This document shows positions 1-8,924 of a stretch of 64,000 nt of DNA, one piece after another. Position 1 is the stretch's first letter. Every line of letters starts with the position of its first letter. Under the pieces are notes generated by a model that was not told the origin of the DNA, made no database searches, and worked only from the letters and a program-made list of their open reading frames with translations. Source of the stretch: Planctomycetota bacterium (lineage in GTDB: Bacteria; Planctomycetota; UBA8108; SXIK01); the NCBI GenBank assembly GCA_965223845.1, contig CBDCXR010000004.1, positions 7,584,001 through 7,648,000 on the forward strand, written 5' to 3'. The translations under genes and the position numbers were made by a program.

Positions 1-2
1 AT

Positions 3-518
3 CCGGATCTGGGAGAGGAGCGCTACTTCGAGATCATTCAGAAGAAGACCGCCGTACTCTACGCGGTTTCCTGCCGCCTGGGCGGCGCGCTCGGCGGGCT
101 CCCCGACGCGACTTGCCGGGAGCTCGAACGCGTCGGGCTCGATCTCGGCATCGCGTTTCAGATCGTCGACGATTGCCTCGACTACGCCGGTCGTGAAGTG
201 GAGGCGGGAAAGAGCCTCGGCACGGATCTCCACCAGAACAAGATTACGCTTCCGCTGATCTATCTCCTCGACGGGCTTGCCGCGCCGCGGCGCGCTCGCC
301 TCAAGGAAGACCTCGAGCGTCCTCTGAATGCCGAGCGAGAGCAGGAGATCTGCCGGCTCGTGCACGAGCACGGCGCGCTCGCCGAGTCGCTCAGTCGCGC
401 GGACGCGTTCGTCGAGTCGGCGCGGACGCGGCTCGAACGTCTCACCGCCGATGCGCCCGCGGAGATTCGCGAGAGCTTCGAGCTTCTGAGTGACTACATC
501 CTGCGTCGCCAGCGCTGA
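3..518 (+). CDS. Polyprenyl diphosphate synthase family protein, 5'-truncated by the window edge
   Basis: The frame is open from base 3 and reads ...IIQKKTAVLY...LGIAFQIVDDCLDY...GKSLGTDL..KITLP, giving the KT motif and the second aspartate-rich DDxxD motif of trans-prenyltransferases. Confidence 0.9.
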   Translation, partial: PDLGEERYFEIIQKKTAVLYAVSCRLGGALGGLPDATCRELERVGLDLGIAFQIVDDCLDYAGREVEAGKSLGTDLHQNKITLPLIYLLDGLAAPRRARLKEDLERPLNAEREQEICRLVHEHGALAESLSRADAFVESARTRLERLTADAPAEIRESFELLSDYILRRQR

Positions 519-590
519 CCGCGCGGACGGACGCTGAGCTGTACTGGGCTGTACGAGAAAGAGTCGCGCGACCATAGGTCCAGCTAGCCG

Positions 591-1112
591 ATGAGCCCTG
601 CCGCGAATGAGCCCGAACCGTCCGGAGACGGTCTGACGCACGTCGATCGGACCGGCGACGCCCGCATGGTCGATGTCGGCGGGAAGCCGGTGACGCGGCG
701 GCGCGCGCGAGCCGAGGGATTCGTCGCGATGCGCGCGGAGACCCGGGAGCGGATCGAGAGGGGCGACGCGCCGAAGGGAGCCGTGCTCGCGACCGCGCGT
801 CTCGCGGGAATCCTCGCCGCGAAGCGCACGGCGGAGCTGATTCCGCTCTGCCATCCGCTGCCTCTCGACGCAATCCGGGTCGAGTTTCGCTGGTGCGAAG
901 GCGGTGCGCCCGGCGAGGCCGCGCTCCGCATCGAGGGCGAGGCGACGGTGACCGCACGGACGGGCGCCGAGATGGAAGCTCTCACCGCGGTGAGCGTCGC
1001 AGCGCTTACGGTGTACGACATGGCGAAGGCCATCGACCGCGGCATGCGCATCGAAGGCGTTCGGCTCCTCGAAAAGACCGGGGGGACGTCGGGCGACGTC
1101 CGCGCCGAATGA
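591..1112 (+). CDS. moaC: Cyclic pyranopterin monophosphate synthase MoaC
   Basis: Motifs [28 protein letters not shown] and YDMAKAID. Confidence 0.97.
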   Translation: MSPAANEPEPSGDGLTHVDRTGDARMVDVGGKPVTRRRARAEGFVAMRAETRERIERGDAPKGAVLATARLAGILAAKRTAELIPLCHPLPLDAIRVEFRWCEGGAPGEAALRIEGEATVTARTGAEMEALTAVSVAALTVYDMAKAIDRGMRIEGVRLLEKTGGTSGDVRAE

Positions 1113-1280
1113 GTCCTCGTCTCGTTTTCGACCTCCTATCGGCGTGGATCGTGATCCCTGGGGGGCGCTGAGCGTCAACCCCCGTGCGGTCTATTCCTTC
1201 GCGTCCTGGATCGGTACGATTTGAGCCCTCGGAGCGACGCGTGCGGGCGTAGGTGCGCGGACGCCGGACAGGAGGGCGAC

Positions 1281-2168
1281 ATGGTCGACGTGAGCGAGGA
1301 AGCGCCGCGGCTCATCCGCGGATCGGACATCGCGGCGGAAATCCGTCAGCGAGTGCGCACCGACGTCGATCGCTTGCGCGTCAGCGGTTGCCAGCCGAAT
1401 CTCGTGGCGCTTCAGGTCGGGGACGATGCCGCGACGAAGGTCTACGTCCGCCGGCAGAAGACGCGCTTCCACGAGCTGGGGATTCAGTTCACCCATCTGT
1501 CGCTCGACGAATCGACTCCGCTCGACACGATCTACAGTCACCTCGACGCGCTCAGCGAGAATCCTACGGTGACGGGAATTCTCGCGACGATGCCGCTCCC
1601 GCCGGGAATTCCAGCTGACCTCGTCCAGGAGCGGATCGATCCGCGGAAAGACGTCGAGGGCGTCCACCCGGCGAATCTCGGTCGACTGATTCGAAACCGG
1701 CATGCGATCGGACCCTGCACCGCTCTCGCGGTGATGACCGCGATCGAGTCGACGGGGGTCGAGCTCGAAGGGAAGCACGTCGTCGTCGTCGGTCACAGCG
1801 ACATCGTCGGGAAGCCGGTCTCGCTCTGTCTTCTCCAGGAGATGGCGACGATCACGACGTGCCACGTCGCGACGCGAAACCTCGACGAGCACACGCGTGC
1901 GGCCGACATTCTCGTCGTCGCGGTGGGAAAGCCCGGGCTCATCACCGGCGACATGGTGCGGCCCGGAGCGATCGTCATCGACGTCGGCATCAATCACACC
2001 GATGGCGGAGGGATCGTCGGCGACGTCGACTTCGAGAGCGTGGCGCCCCGCGCTGATTGGATCACTCCGGTTCCGGGCGGGATCGGCCCGATCACCGTTG
2101 CGATGCTCGCTCGAAACACGCTCGCGTGCGCCGAGAAGCTCCTCGGCGGCGACGCGGGGGAGGCGTGA
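1281..2168 (+). CDS. folD: Bifunctional methylenetetrahydrofolate dehydrogenase/cyclohydrolase
   Basis: Motifs KDVEGVHP.N.G, PCT, VGHSDIVGKP, VIDVGIN, GDVDF and ITPVPGGIGP. ATG at 1281 follows a GGAGG RBS. Confidence 0.95.
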   Translation: MVDVSEEAPRLIRGSDIAAEIRQRVRTDVDRLRVSGCQPNLVALQVGDDAATKVYVRRQKTRFHELGIQFTHLSLDESTPLDTIYSHLDALSENPTVTGILATMPLPPGIPADLVQERIDPRKDVEGVHPANLGRLIRNRHAIGPCTALAVMTAIESTGVELEGKHVVVVGHSDIVGKPVSLCLLQEMATITTCHVATRNLDEHTRAADILVVAVGKPGLITGDMVRPGAIVIDVGINHTDGGGIVGDVDFESVAPRADWITPVPGGIGPITVAMLARNTLACAEKLLGGDAGEA

Positions 2169-4165
2169 GCGTGTCGCGCATCCGTGTTCTCCCGCCCGAA
2201 GTCGTCAATCGCATCGCCGCGGGCGAGGTCGTCGAGCGGCCGGCGAGCGTCGTCAAGGAGCTCGCGGAGAACGCGATCGATGCCCAAGCGACGGAGGTCA
2301 CCGTCGTCCTCGAGGATGGCGGGAAGAAACGGATCCTCGTTCGCGACAACGGCTGCGGGATGTCGCCGGAAGATCTCAAGCTCGCGTTCGAGAGCCACGC
2401 GACGAGCAAGCTCCGCGACGCGGACCTCGAGTCGAACCAGCTCGGATTCGCGTCCCTCGGGTTTCGCGGCGAAGCACTCCCGAGCATCGCGTCGGTCGCG
2501 ATGGTCGAGGCGGTCTCGCTCGTCTCCGGCGGCGAGCACGCCTACCGCTTCCGCCCGGGAAGCGGCGAGCCCGAGCCCTGCGCCGGCGAGAGCGGAACCG
2601 CGATCGAGATCGGGAACCTGTTTTACAACACGCCGGCGCGCCGGAAGTTCCTGCGGGCGGGATCGACGGAGCTCTCGCACGTCGTTCAGCTCGTCTCGAG
2701 GCTCGCGATGGGTTTCCCCGCCGTGCGCTTCCGGCTCTTCCACGGGAAGCGGTCTGTCCTCGACCTATCGCCGGCGGACTCGATCGGCGAGCGCCTCCGG
2801 CAGATCGTCCCGCGGACGATCTCCGATCACCTCGTGGAGGTGCGCGAGGGCGACGATCCCGAGCTGCCGTCGATCGCCGGTTTCGTGGGGAAGCCGCGCG
2901 TCCATCGCCGCGATACGAAGGAGCAGCACTTCTTCGTGAACGGCCGGTGGATCCGCGATCGTACGCTCACGCACGCGCTGAGGAGCGCGTTTCAGGGATT
3001 CCAAATCTCCGGGTATCAGCCGGTCGCGTACCTCTTTCTCGATTTTCCCCGCGGAGACGTCGACGCGAACGTCCACCCGACCAAGACCGAAGTGCGGTTT
3101 CGCGACCCTTCGTCGATCTATCGGCTGGTCCACCACGCGGTGCGTCGTGCGATCGAGTCGTCGGGCGACGCGCTCGACTCGCCGACCGGCGAGGACGGGG
3201 CGGCCGCCGGAGCGTCCGCTGTCGCCGGAGCGGGTGCGGAGGAGGCTCGATCGGAGCGAGAACGCGAGCCGACCTACACGATGCAGGATCTCTTCGCCGA
3301 AATCGCCGGATCCGGTCCGCGCTCGCGAGATAGCGCGACGGTCCGGGGATCGAGCGCGCCGCCGGCGTCCACGCGGAACGAAGGGGCGACCGAAGATTTC
3401 CCGCCGGCCGAGGGCGACGGCCCTTGGACGGCCGGCGCGCCGCCGGAGACGAGCACGAGCGCCTCGGCCGCGGCGGTCGGAGTTGGCGCGGCGGAGCGAT
3501 CGCCGGAGGGGAGCGCGCCCGACTCGCTCGAGGCCCTCGCCGACTCGAGGCGCGTTCTTCAGGTGCTCGACTCCTACCTCGTCGTCGAAGTCGCGGGCGG
3601 AGTCCTTTTTGTCGACCAGCACGCACTCCACGAAATCATCCTCTTCGAGGAGATCTACCGGCGGCTCCTCGATGGGATCGTCGAGAGTCAGAAGCTGCTC
3701 GTCCCGGAGGTGGTCCGGATCCCGGCGGAGTACGTTCCGCTCGTCGAGCGCGCTTCGGAGATCCTCGGACGCTTCGGGTTCGAGCTCGAGGCGTTCGGTC
3801 CCGACAGCGTCGCGTTTCACTCGCTCCCGGCGCTCTTCGACCGCGAGGCGGGCCGCACCGACACGACGACCCTCGCGCTCTCCGTGCTCGAAGAGGTGCA
3901 GCGCGGCGTCGTCGCGACGGCGGGCCATCGGAGCGCGCGCGGCCGGGACCTGCCCGCGAGTGTCGACGAGCAGCTCCGCGACATCGGCGCGACGATCGCG
4001 TGCAAGCGAGCGGTCAAGGCCGGGACGCGACTGGCCGACGAAGAAATACAGAGTCTCCTCGAGCGCGGGAGCCGCGCGTTCGATCCGCGACACTGCCCGC
4101 ACGGTCGGCCGACCGCGGTGTTCCATGCGCGGCGCGACATCGAGCGGCTCTTCGATCGCAAGTGA
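2165..4165 (+). CDS. mutL: DNA mismatch repair endonuclease MutL
   Basis: GHKL motifs NRIAAGEVVERPASVVKELAENAIDA, HATSK and GFRGEAL; DANVHPTKTEVRF; C-terminal endonuclease motifs DQHALHE, ACK and CPHGRP. The GTG start overlaps the folD stop (GTGA). Confidence 0.96.
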   Translation: MSVSRIRVLPPEVVNRIAAGEVVERPASVVKELAENAIDAQATEVTVVLEDGGKKRILVRDNGCGMSPEDLKLAFESHATSKLRDADLESNQLGFASLGFRGEALPSIASVAMVEAVSLVSGGEHAYRFRPGSGEPEPCAGESGTAIEIGNLFYNTPARRKFLRAGSTELSHVVQLVSRLAMGFPAVRFRLFHGKRSVLDLSPADSIGERLRQIVPRTISDHLVEVREGDDPELPSIAGFVGKPRVHRRDTKEQHFFVNGRWIRDRTLTHALRSAFQGFQISGYQPVAYLFLDFPRGDVDANVHPTKTEVRFRDPSSIYRLVHHAVRRAIESSGDALDSPTGEDGAAAGASAVAGAGAEEARSEREREPTYTMQDLFAEIAGSGPRSRDSATVRGSSAPPASTRNEGATEDFPPAEGDGPWTAGAPPETSTSASAAAVGVGAAERSPEGSAPDSLEALADSRRVLQVLDSYLVVEVAGGVLFVDQHALHEIILFEEIYRRLLDGIVESQKLLVPEVVRIPAEYVPLVERASEILGRFGFELEAFGPDSVAFHSLPALFDREAGRTDTTTLALSVLEEVQRGVVATAGHRSARGRDLPASVDEQLRDIGATIACKRAVKAGTRLADEEIQSLLERGSRAFDPRHCPHGRPTAVFHARRDIERLFDRK

Positions 4166-4194
4166 GCGAGACCCGGACGGTCGAAGACCGAGCG

Positions 4195-5517
4195 ATGACA
4201 GAGAACCGAGCTCCCCGTTACGAGTACCTCGAACTGCCGGGCGACCTCCACCTCGCGCTCCTGCCGACGCGAAAGTTGAAGACCGTGACCGTGGTCGTCT
4301 CGCTCGTCGCCGATCTCTCCGAGGAGACCGTGACGCAGCACGCTCTCCTTCCCATGGTCCTCCGGCGGGGGACGTCGAGCCGCCCCGACCTTCAGTCGAT
4401 TCAGCGGTTCCTCGATCACCTCTACGGCGCGTCGATTCACGCTTCGGTGTACAAGGTGGGGGAGTGGCACGTCCTCCAGTTCCAGCTCGACGTCGTCAAC
4501 GAGCGATACGTTCCGGGTTCGGAGGAGATCTTGCGCCCGGCGCTCGCGTTTCTGCGCGAGCTCATCGCCGATCCGCTCCAAGTGGCCGGCGGGTTTTCGC
4601 CCGAGTTTGTCGAACAGGAAAAAGCGCAGCTCGGTCTCGCGATCGAAAGCCTCGTCGACTCGAAGCCCGCCTACGCCGCTCAGCGCCTCGTCGAGGAGAT
4701 GTGCGCGGACGAACCGTACCGTATCTACGCGCAGGGTCGCGTGGCAGATCTCGCTCAGGTCGACCCGCACAACTTGCGCGAGCGCCATCGCCGCGCCCTG
4801 TCGACGTACCCCATCTACGCGTACGTCACGGGTGATCTCGACGCCTCGAGGACGCGGGACCTCGTCGCCGAATGGTTTGACGACGACGTCTTCCGCCGCT
4901 CGGAGGAAGCCGCGCTGAAGCCGGCGACGATGCCCACCGCACCGCGTCGCGTCCGGGAAGTGAACGAGACTCTCGAGGTGAATCAGGCGCGCCTCCATCT
5001 CGGATATCGTCACGGGGTGACGTATTCGGATCCCGACTGTATTCCGCTTCTCGTCGCGAACGGCGTGCTCGGAGCCTACTCCCACTCGAAGTTGTTTCAG
5101 AACGTTCGAGAGAAAGAGAGCCTTTGCTACTCGATTTCGTCCGCGGTCGATCGCGCGAAAGGGCTCATGTTTATCGCGAGCGGAATCTCCGCGGAAACGC
5201 GTGAACGTACGCGCCGCATCATCGAAGAACAGATCGACGAGCTTCGGGCCGGCGCCATCTCCGACGAGGAGCTGAGCGCGACCCGCGTCACGCTCCTCAA
5301 CAGCAACGAGATGCTCGAGGACGACCTCGTCGCGCTCGCGGCGCTCGACCTGAGGTGGCGCCTCCACGGGCGAGGGCTCGACCTCGACGAGATTCGCAAT
5401 GAAATCCGTCGCGTCGGGAAGGACGACATCGTCCGCGTTGCGGGCCGCCTCGAACTCGACACCGTGTATTCGCTCGCGAGCGAGTCGAACGCCCAACCCA
5501 AGGAATCGCCGCGATGA
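4195..5517 (+). CDS. M16 peptidase family inactive subunit (YmfF-like)
   Basis: LYGA, GVLGAYSHSKLFQNVREKESLCYSISS and ASGI resemble Bacillus YmfF-type M16 proteins; no HxxEH motif. An alternative GTG start at 4162 overlaps the mutL stop. Confidence 0.8.
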   Translation: MTENRAPRYEYLELPGDLHLALLPTRKLKTVTVVVSLVADLSEETVTQHALLPMVLRRGTSSRPDLQSIQRFLDHLYGASIHASVYKVGEWHVLQFQLDVVNERYVPGSEEILRPALAFLRELIADPLQVAGGFSPEFVEQEKAQLGLAIESLVDSKPAYAAQRLVEEMCADEPYRIYAQGRVADLAQVDPHNLRERHRRALSTYPIYAYVTGDLDASRTRDLVAEWFDDDVFRRSEEAALKPATMPTAPRRVREVNETLEVNQARLHLGYRHGVTYSDPDCIPLLVANGVLGAYSHSKLFQNVREKESLCYSISSAVDRAKGLMFIASGISAETRERTRRIIEEQIDELRAGAISDEELSATRVTLLNSNEMLEDDLVALAALDLRWRLHGRGLDLDEIRNEIRRVGKDDIVRVAGRLELDTVYSLASESNAQPKESPR

Positions 5518-6836
5518 GTGACCTCCCAGAGCCGAGCACGAGTCGAAACGTCGAGCTCGGAGAGGAGATCCAGAGCGTCGTCCTCCCGTCGGGTCTCCGA
5601 GTCCTCTTCTGCCGGAAGCCAGGCTTCAAGAAGCGCTACGCCTGCTACTCGACGTGCTACGGTTCGGTGGACAGTCGATTCGCGGTCGGCTCGCCGTCGC
5701 ACGGGGCCGAGACCGTCGTCGACGTTCCGGACGGCATCGCGCACTTCCTCGAGCACGTGCTCTTCGAGACGCCGGAAGGGAATGTCTCCGATCTCTTCGC
5801 GCAGAACGGTGCGTACAACAACGCCGCGACATCGTTTACGACGACGACGTATCTCTTCGCCTGCACGGAGCGCTTCTACGACAATCTCGAGCTCCTGCTC
5901 CGCTTCGTCGAGAATCCGGTCTTCGACCCCGAGAAGGTCGAGAAGGAGCGCGGAATCATCGCCGAGGAGATCCGGGGCTACGACGACAGCCCGGACTGGG
6001 TCGCCTACATGGGACTTCTCGAGCGACTCTTCGTCGCCCACCCCTTTCGAATCGACATCGCTGGTACTACGGAGAGCATTCAAGAGATCAGCTCGGCGCT
6101 GCTCCACCGTTGTTACGAATCCTTCTACCGGCCGGAGAACATGATCCTCTTCGTCGTCGGTGATCTCGATCCGGGCGAGCTCTTCTCGTTCGTCGCGGCG
6201 CATTCGCGCGCGGGAAATCGCGCGAGCGACCGTGGTTCGATCTCGCGCATTTATCCGGAGGAGCCCGGGGAGGTCGCCGGCAAGGAGACGCGCGTCGAAA
6301 TGTCGGTCGCGCTTCCGAAGCTTCTCGTCGGCTTCAAGGAGATCGACATGCCGGCGCGCGGCTCCGAGTTCGTCGAGGTCGAGCTCGCGACCTCACTCGC
6401 ACTCGACGCCTTCTTCGGGCGGAGCAGCGATCTCTACCGCCGCTACTACGAACGGCAGTGGATCCTCGACGACTTTGGTGCGAGCTACAGCCTGGGTGCG
6501 AACGTCGGCTTCGCGATGGTCGGCGGAGATACGCCGGAACCCGATCGGCTGCGGGACGCGATTCTCGATGCCGCCGCGAGCGCCGATGTGCGGATCGATC
6601 CGGACGACTTCGAGCGGGAGAAGCGCCGGTTCCTCGGCGGCTGGATCGCCTCGTTCAACTCGCTCGAAACGATCGCTAACCTCTTCAGTTATTACCGGCT
6701 CTACGATTTCGATCTCTTCGATTCGGTGGAGCTCATCGCTGGGCTCGACCGCGAGCGCGTCGAGGCTCGGTTGCGCGAGCTCCTTCGACCCGATCGCGCG
6801 TCCGTGTACGTGGTCGAGCCGTCGGCGGCGTCGTGA
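5514..6836 (+). CDS. M16 zinc peptidase (YmfH-like)
   Basis: VPDGIAHFLEHVLFE (HxxEH), NAATSF.TT.YLF, EKERGIIAEEI and YRPENM. ATGA-coupled to the upstream gene. Confidence 0.9.
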   Translation: MSDLPEPSTSRNVELGEEIQSVVLPSGLRVLFCRKPGFKKRYACYSTCYGSVDSRFAVGSPSHGAETVVDVPDGIAHFLEHVLFETPEGNVSDLFAQNGAYNNAATSFTTTTYLFACTERFYDNLELLLRFVENPVFDPEKVEKERGIIAEEIRGYDDSPDWVAYMGLLERLFVAHPFRIDIAGTTESIQEISSALLHRCYESFYRPENMILFVVGDLDPGELFSFVAAHSRAGNRASDRGSISRIYPEEPGEVAGKETRVEMSVALPKLLVGFKEIDMPARGSEFVEVELATSLALDAFFGRSSDLYRRYYERQWILDDFGASYSLGANVGFAMVGGDTPEPDRLRDAILDAAASADVRIDPDDFEREKRRFLGGWIASFNSLETIANLFSYYRLYDFDLFDSVELIAGLDRERVEARLRELLRPDRASVYVVEPSAAS

Positions 6837-6871
6837 GGCCGGCGTTTCGCCGCCACCGGATCCGCCCAAAC

Positions 6872-6900
6872 TTGTTGCGGCCTCCGAGGGGCCGTATCAT
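6872..6900 (+). promoter_or_regulatory. Putative sigma70 promoter for the MoxR/vWA operon, with a palindromic spacer
   Basis: TTGTTG (6872-6877), a 17-nt spacer CGGCCTCCGAGGGGCCG, then TATCAT (6895-6900), 66 nt upstream of ATG 6967. Confidence 0.45.
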
Positions 6901-6966
6901 ACTCCCCAATCGGGCGGCTTTTCGGGCGCCCGGCCCCTCGAGTTTCAGGTTCCGGAGCTAGACTGG

Positions 6967-8742
6967 ATGTCGGATTCAGGACCCCAGCCGGTGGCGCACC
7001 CGAAGTCTCCGGGCGACTTGGAGTCGCGTGCGCTCGAACGGTTCGTGAAGCGCGTTCGGCGGCGCCTCGTGGCAAATCGATTGCTCAGCCATCTCGCGAC
7101 GGCGGTTCTCGTCGGCGTCTCTCTGGTGGCGGCCTTCCTTCTCGTCGATCGACTTCTTCTTCCCGATTCATTTCGGCCGGCGTACGCCGGTTGGATCATC
7201 GGCGGAACTGCTCTCGTCGCTCTCATCTGGACCTTCGTTCGAAGGCCGGTGACGCTGTTTCACGCCGCAGTAGCGGCGGATCGAGAGCTCGACCTCCGCG
7301 AGCGCGTTTCGACCGCGCGGTCCGGACTGGGAGGCGTCGATCCGGAGTGGAGCACCCTCATCGTCCGTGACGCGGAGCAAAGCGTCGAGACCGTCCGCCT
7401 CGCGAACGCATTTCCGGTCATCGTCGAGAGACGCGCGGCGTGGATTCTCGTGCCGCTCTTCGTGTCGATCGGCGTCTTTCTCTGGGCTCCGAGTCTCGAT
7501 CCCTTCGGGATCAAGGCCGAGGAGGCGGAGGCCGCGACCGTGAAGAAACTCATGGACGAACGGAAGGAGAAGCTCGATTCGGAGCTGGAAGAGCTTCAGA
7601 AGAAGGCCGAAGAGGCCGAGTCGGAGGAAGCGCGGAAACTCCTCAAGCTCCTCGCCGAGGACATCGCGAAGAAGAAGGACCCGACGAATTCCGAAAAGCG
7701 CGGAGAGAATGCGGGAGATCAGAACCGCGCGAAGAACGATCCACACAAGAACGCGCTCCTCGAGATGGCGAAGCGCGAGTCGATGATCAAGAAGGGTCTC
7801 GATCGCGATCAGTTTCGCAAGCTGAAGAACGCGCTGAAGGATTTGAAGGGCCTCGATCTCCGGCGGGCGGAGAAGACCCGCGCGCTGCAGGCGGCGCTCA
7901 AGGACGGCGATCTCGCTGCGGCGAAGCGAGAGCTCGACCGGCTCACGAAGAAGATCGCCGAGCTCGCCAAGAAGCCCCAGTCGCAGCTCACGAAGGAGGA
8001 GAAGGAGCTTCTCAAGAAGCTCCAGGAGGAGCTCGCGCGACTCGCGAAGGATTCCGGGGCGCTCGCCCAGCTCGCACCCAATCTCGGGAACTTCGGCGAC
8101 ATGGGTTCGCAGGGACTCCAGCAGATGCTGCAGAACATGCAGCAACTCGGCATGGATCTCGATGCGTTGAAGCAGCTTCAGAACGACATGGATTTTCTGA
8201 AGCAAGCACTCGACATGGTGCAGTTGTCGAAGCAGGACCTCGCGAAGCTGAGTCAGCACAAGTGCCCGAACTGCGGCAAGAACCTCGGCAAGAAACCCGG
8301 TCAGCCCGGCGGGACATGACAGGGCTCGGGAAAGCCCGGTGGCACGTGAAGTGGCACGGGTCAGAGCGGCGGTCGCCTCTCACAGAGTCAGTCGGGGCAG
8401 CAGGGCGCGGGGCTCACCCGGAGCCAGGGAAATCAGTCGGGGCCGAACTACGGCCAGGCGTACGGAAACGGATCTAGCTTTCGCGACGAGAAGACGACGT
8501 ACAAGCGCGACAAGGTCCGTGCGACGCGGCTCGATCCGCGGGGCACGGTGATCGGGAAGCTGGACGTCGAGGGTGTGACGCAGCGGGGTGAGGCGGAGCT
8601 CGAAAAGGGACTGACCGTCGCCGACGTGGCGCAGGAACGAACGGAAGAGGTCGAGCGTGAACCGCTTCCGGTCGAGTTCCGCGATCACGTGCGAACGTAC
8701 TACCAGATGCTCGTCGGCGAAGGGTCGGGCGAGGGAAAGTGA
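6967..8742 (+). CDS. Membrane-anchored coiled-coil protein; probable read-through of two in-frame UGA codons (candidate selenoprotein, 591 aa). The conventional call would be 6967-8319 plus a fragment at 8548-8742
   Basis: N-terminal TM helices, AADRELDLRERVSTA, a long Lys/Glu/Gln coiled coil, then CPNC...PGGT[TGA 8317]QGSGKPGGT[TGA 8347]SGTG and 130 more sense codons in the same frame ending ...EPLPVEFRDHVRTYYQML...; GGAG RBS before 6967. Confidence 0.7.
8335..8380 (+). promoter_or_regulatory. Two candidate bacterial SECIS hairpins
   Basis: Hairpin 8335-8360 has a GUGAA loop 26 nt after UGA1. Hairpin 8363-8380 (AGA..GGC-GGUC-GCC-UCU) has a GGUC loop 21 nt after UGA2. Confidence 0.5.
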
Positions 8743-8924
8743 TCTCGAGTCCCGTCGCTCCGGAGGTGACGTGCCGTGTCTCGCGCCGTTCGTGTTGATC
8801 CCCCGCGCGGTCGCGGCCGAGTGGGGCGGATCTTGACGTCCCCGTCGCTTCCGGCGGAAGTTCGACGCCGATCCGGCCGCTCGAACGATGCGGCCGGACC
8901 GTCAGGGATGGCGGAGCGTTCACC

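Noticed and set aside
8317-8349. Genome-wide UGA reassignment (code 4/25), or a simple pseudogene
   Set aside because: Many intact genes here end in TGA. Two nonsense mutations in an identical context with an intact downstream frame are less parsimonious than recoding, though duplication of a single stop-containing unit is not excluded.
8548-8742. Independent 64-aa gene
   Set aside because: It has no clear RBS and is in frame with 6967-8319, so it is better explained as the C-terminus of the read-through protein.
8872-8898. 9-bp hairpin TCCGGCCGC/GCGGCCGGA as a terminator or 3'-UTR SECIS
   Set aside because: There is no U-tract, bacterial SECIS elements are adjacent to the UGA, and such stems are common in GC-rich DNA.
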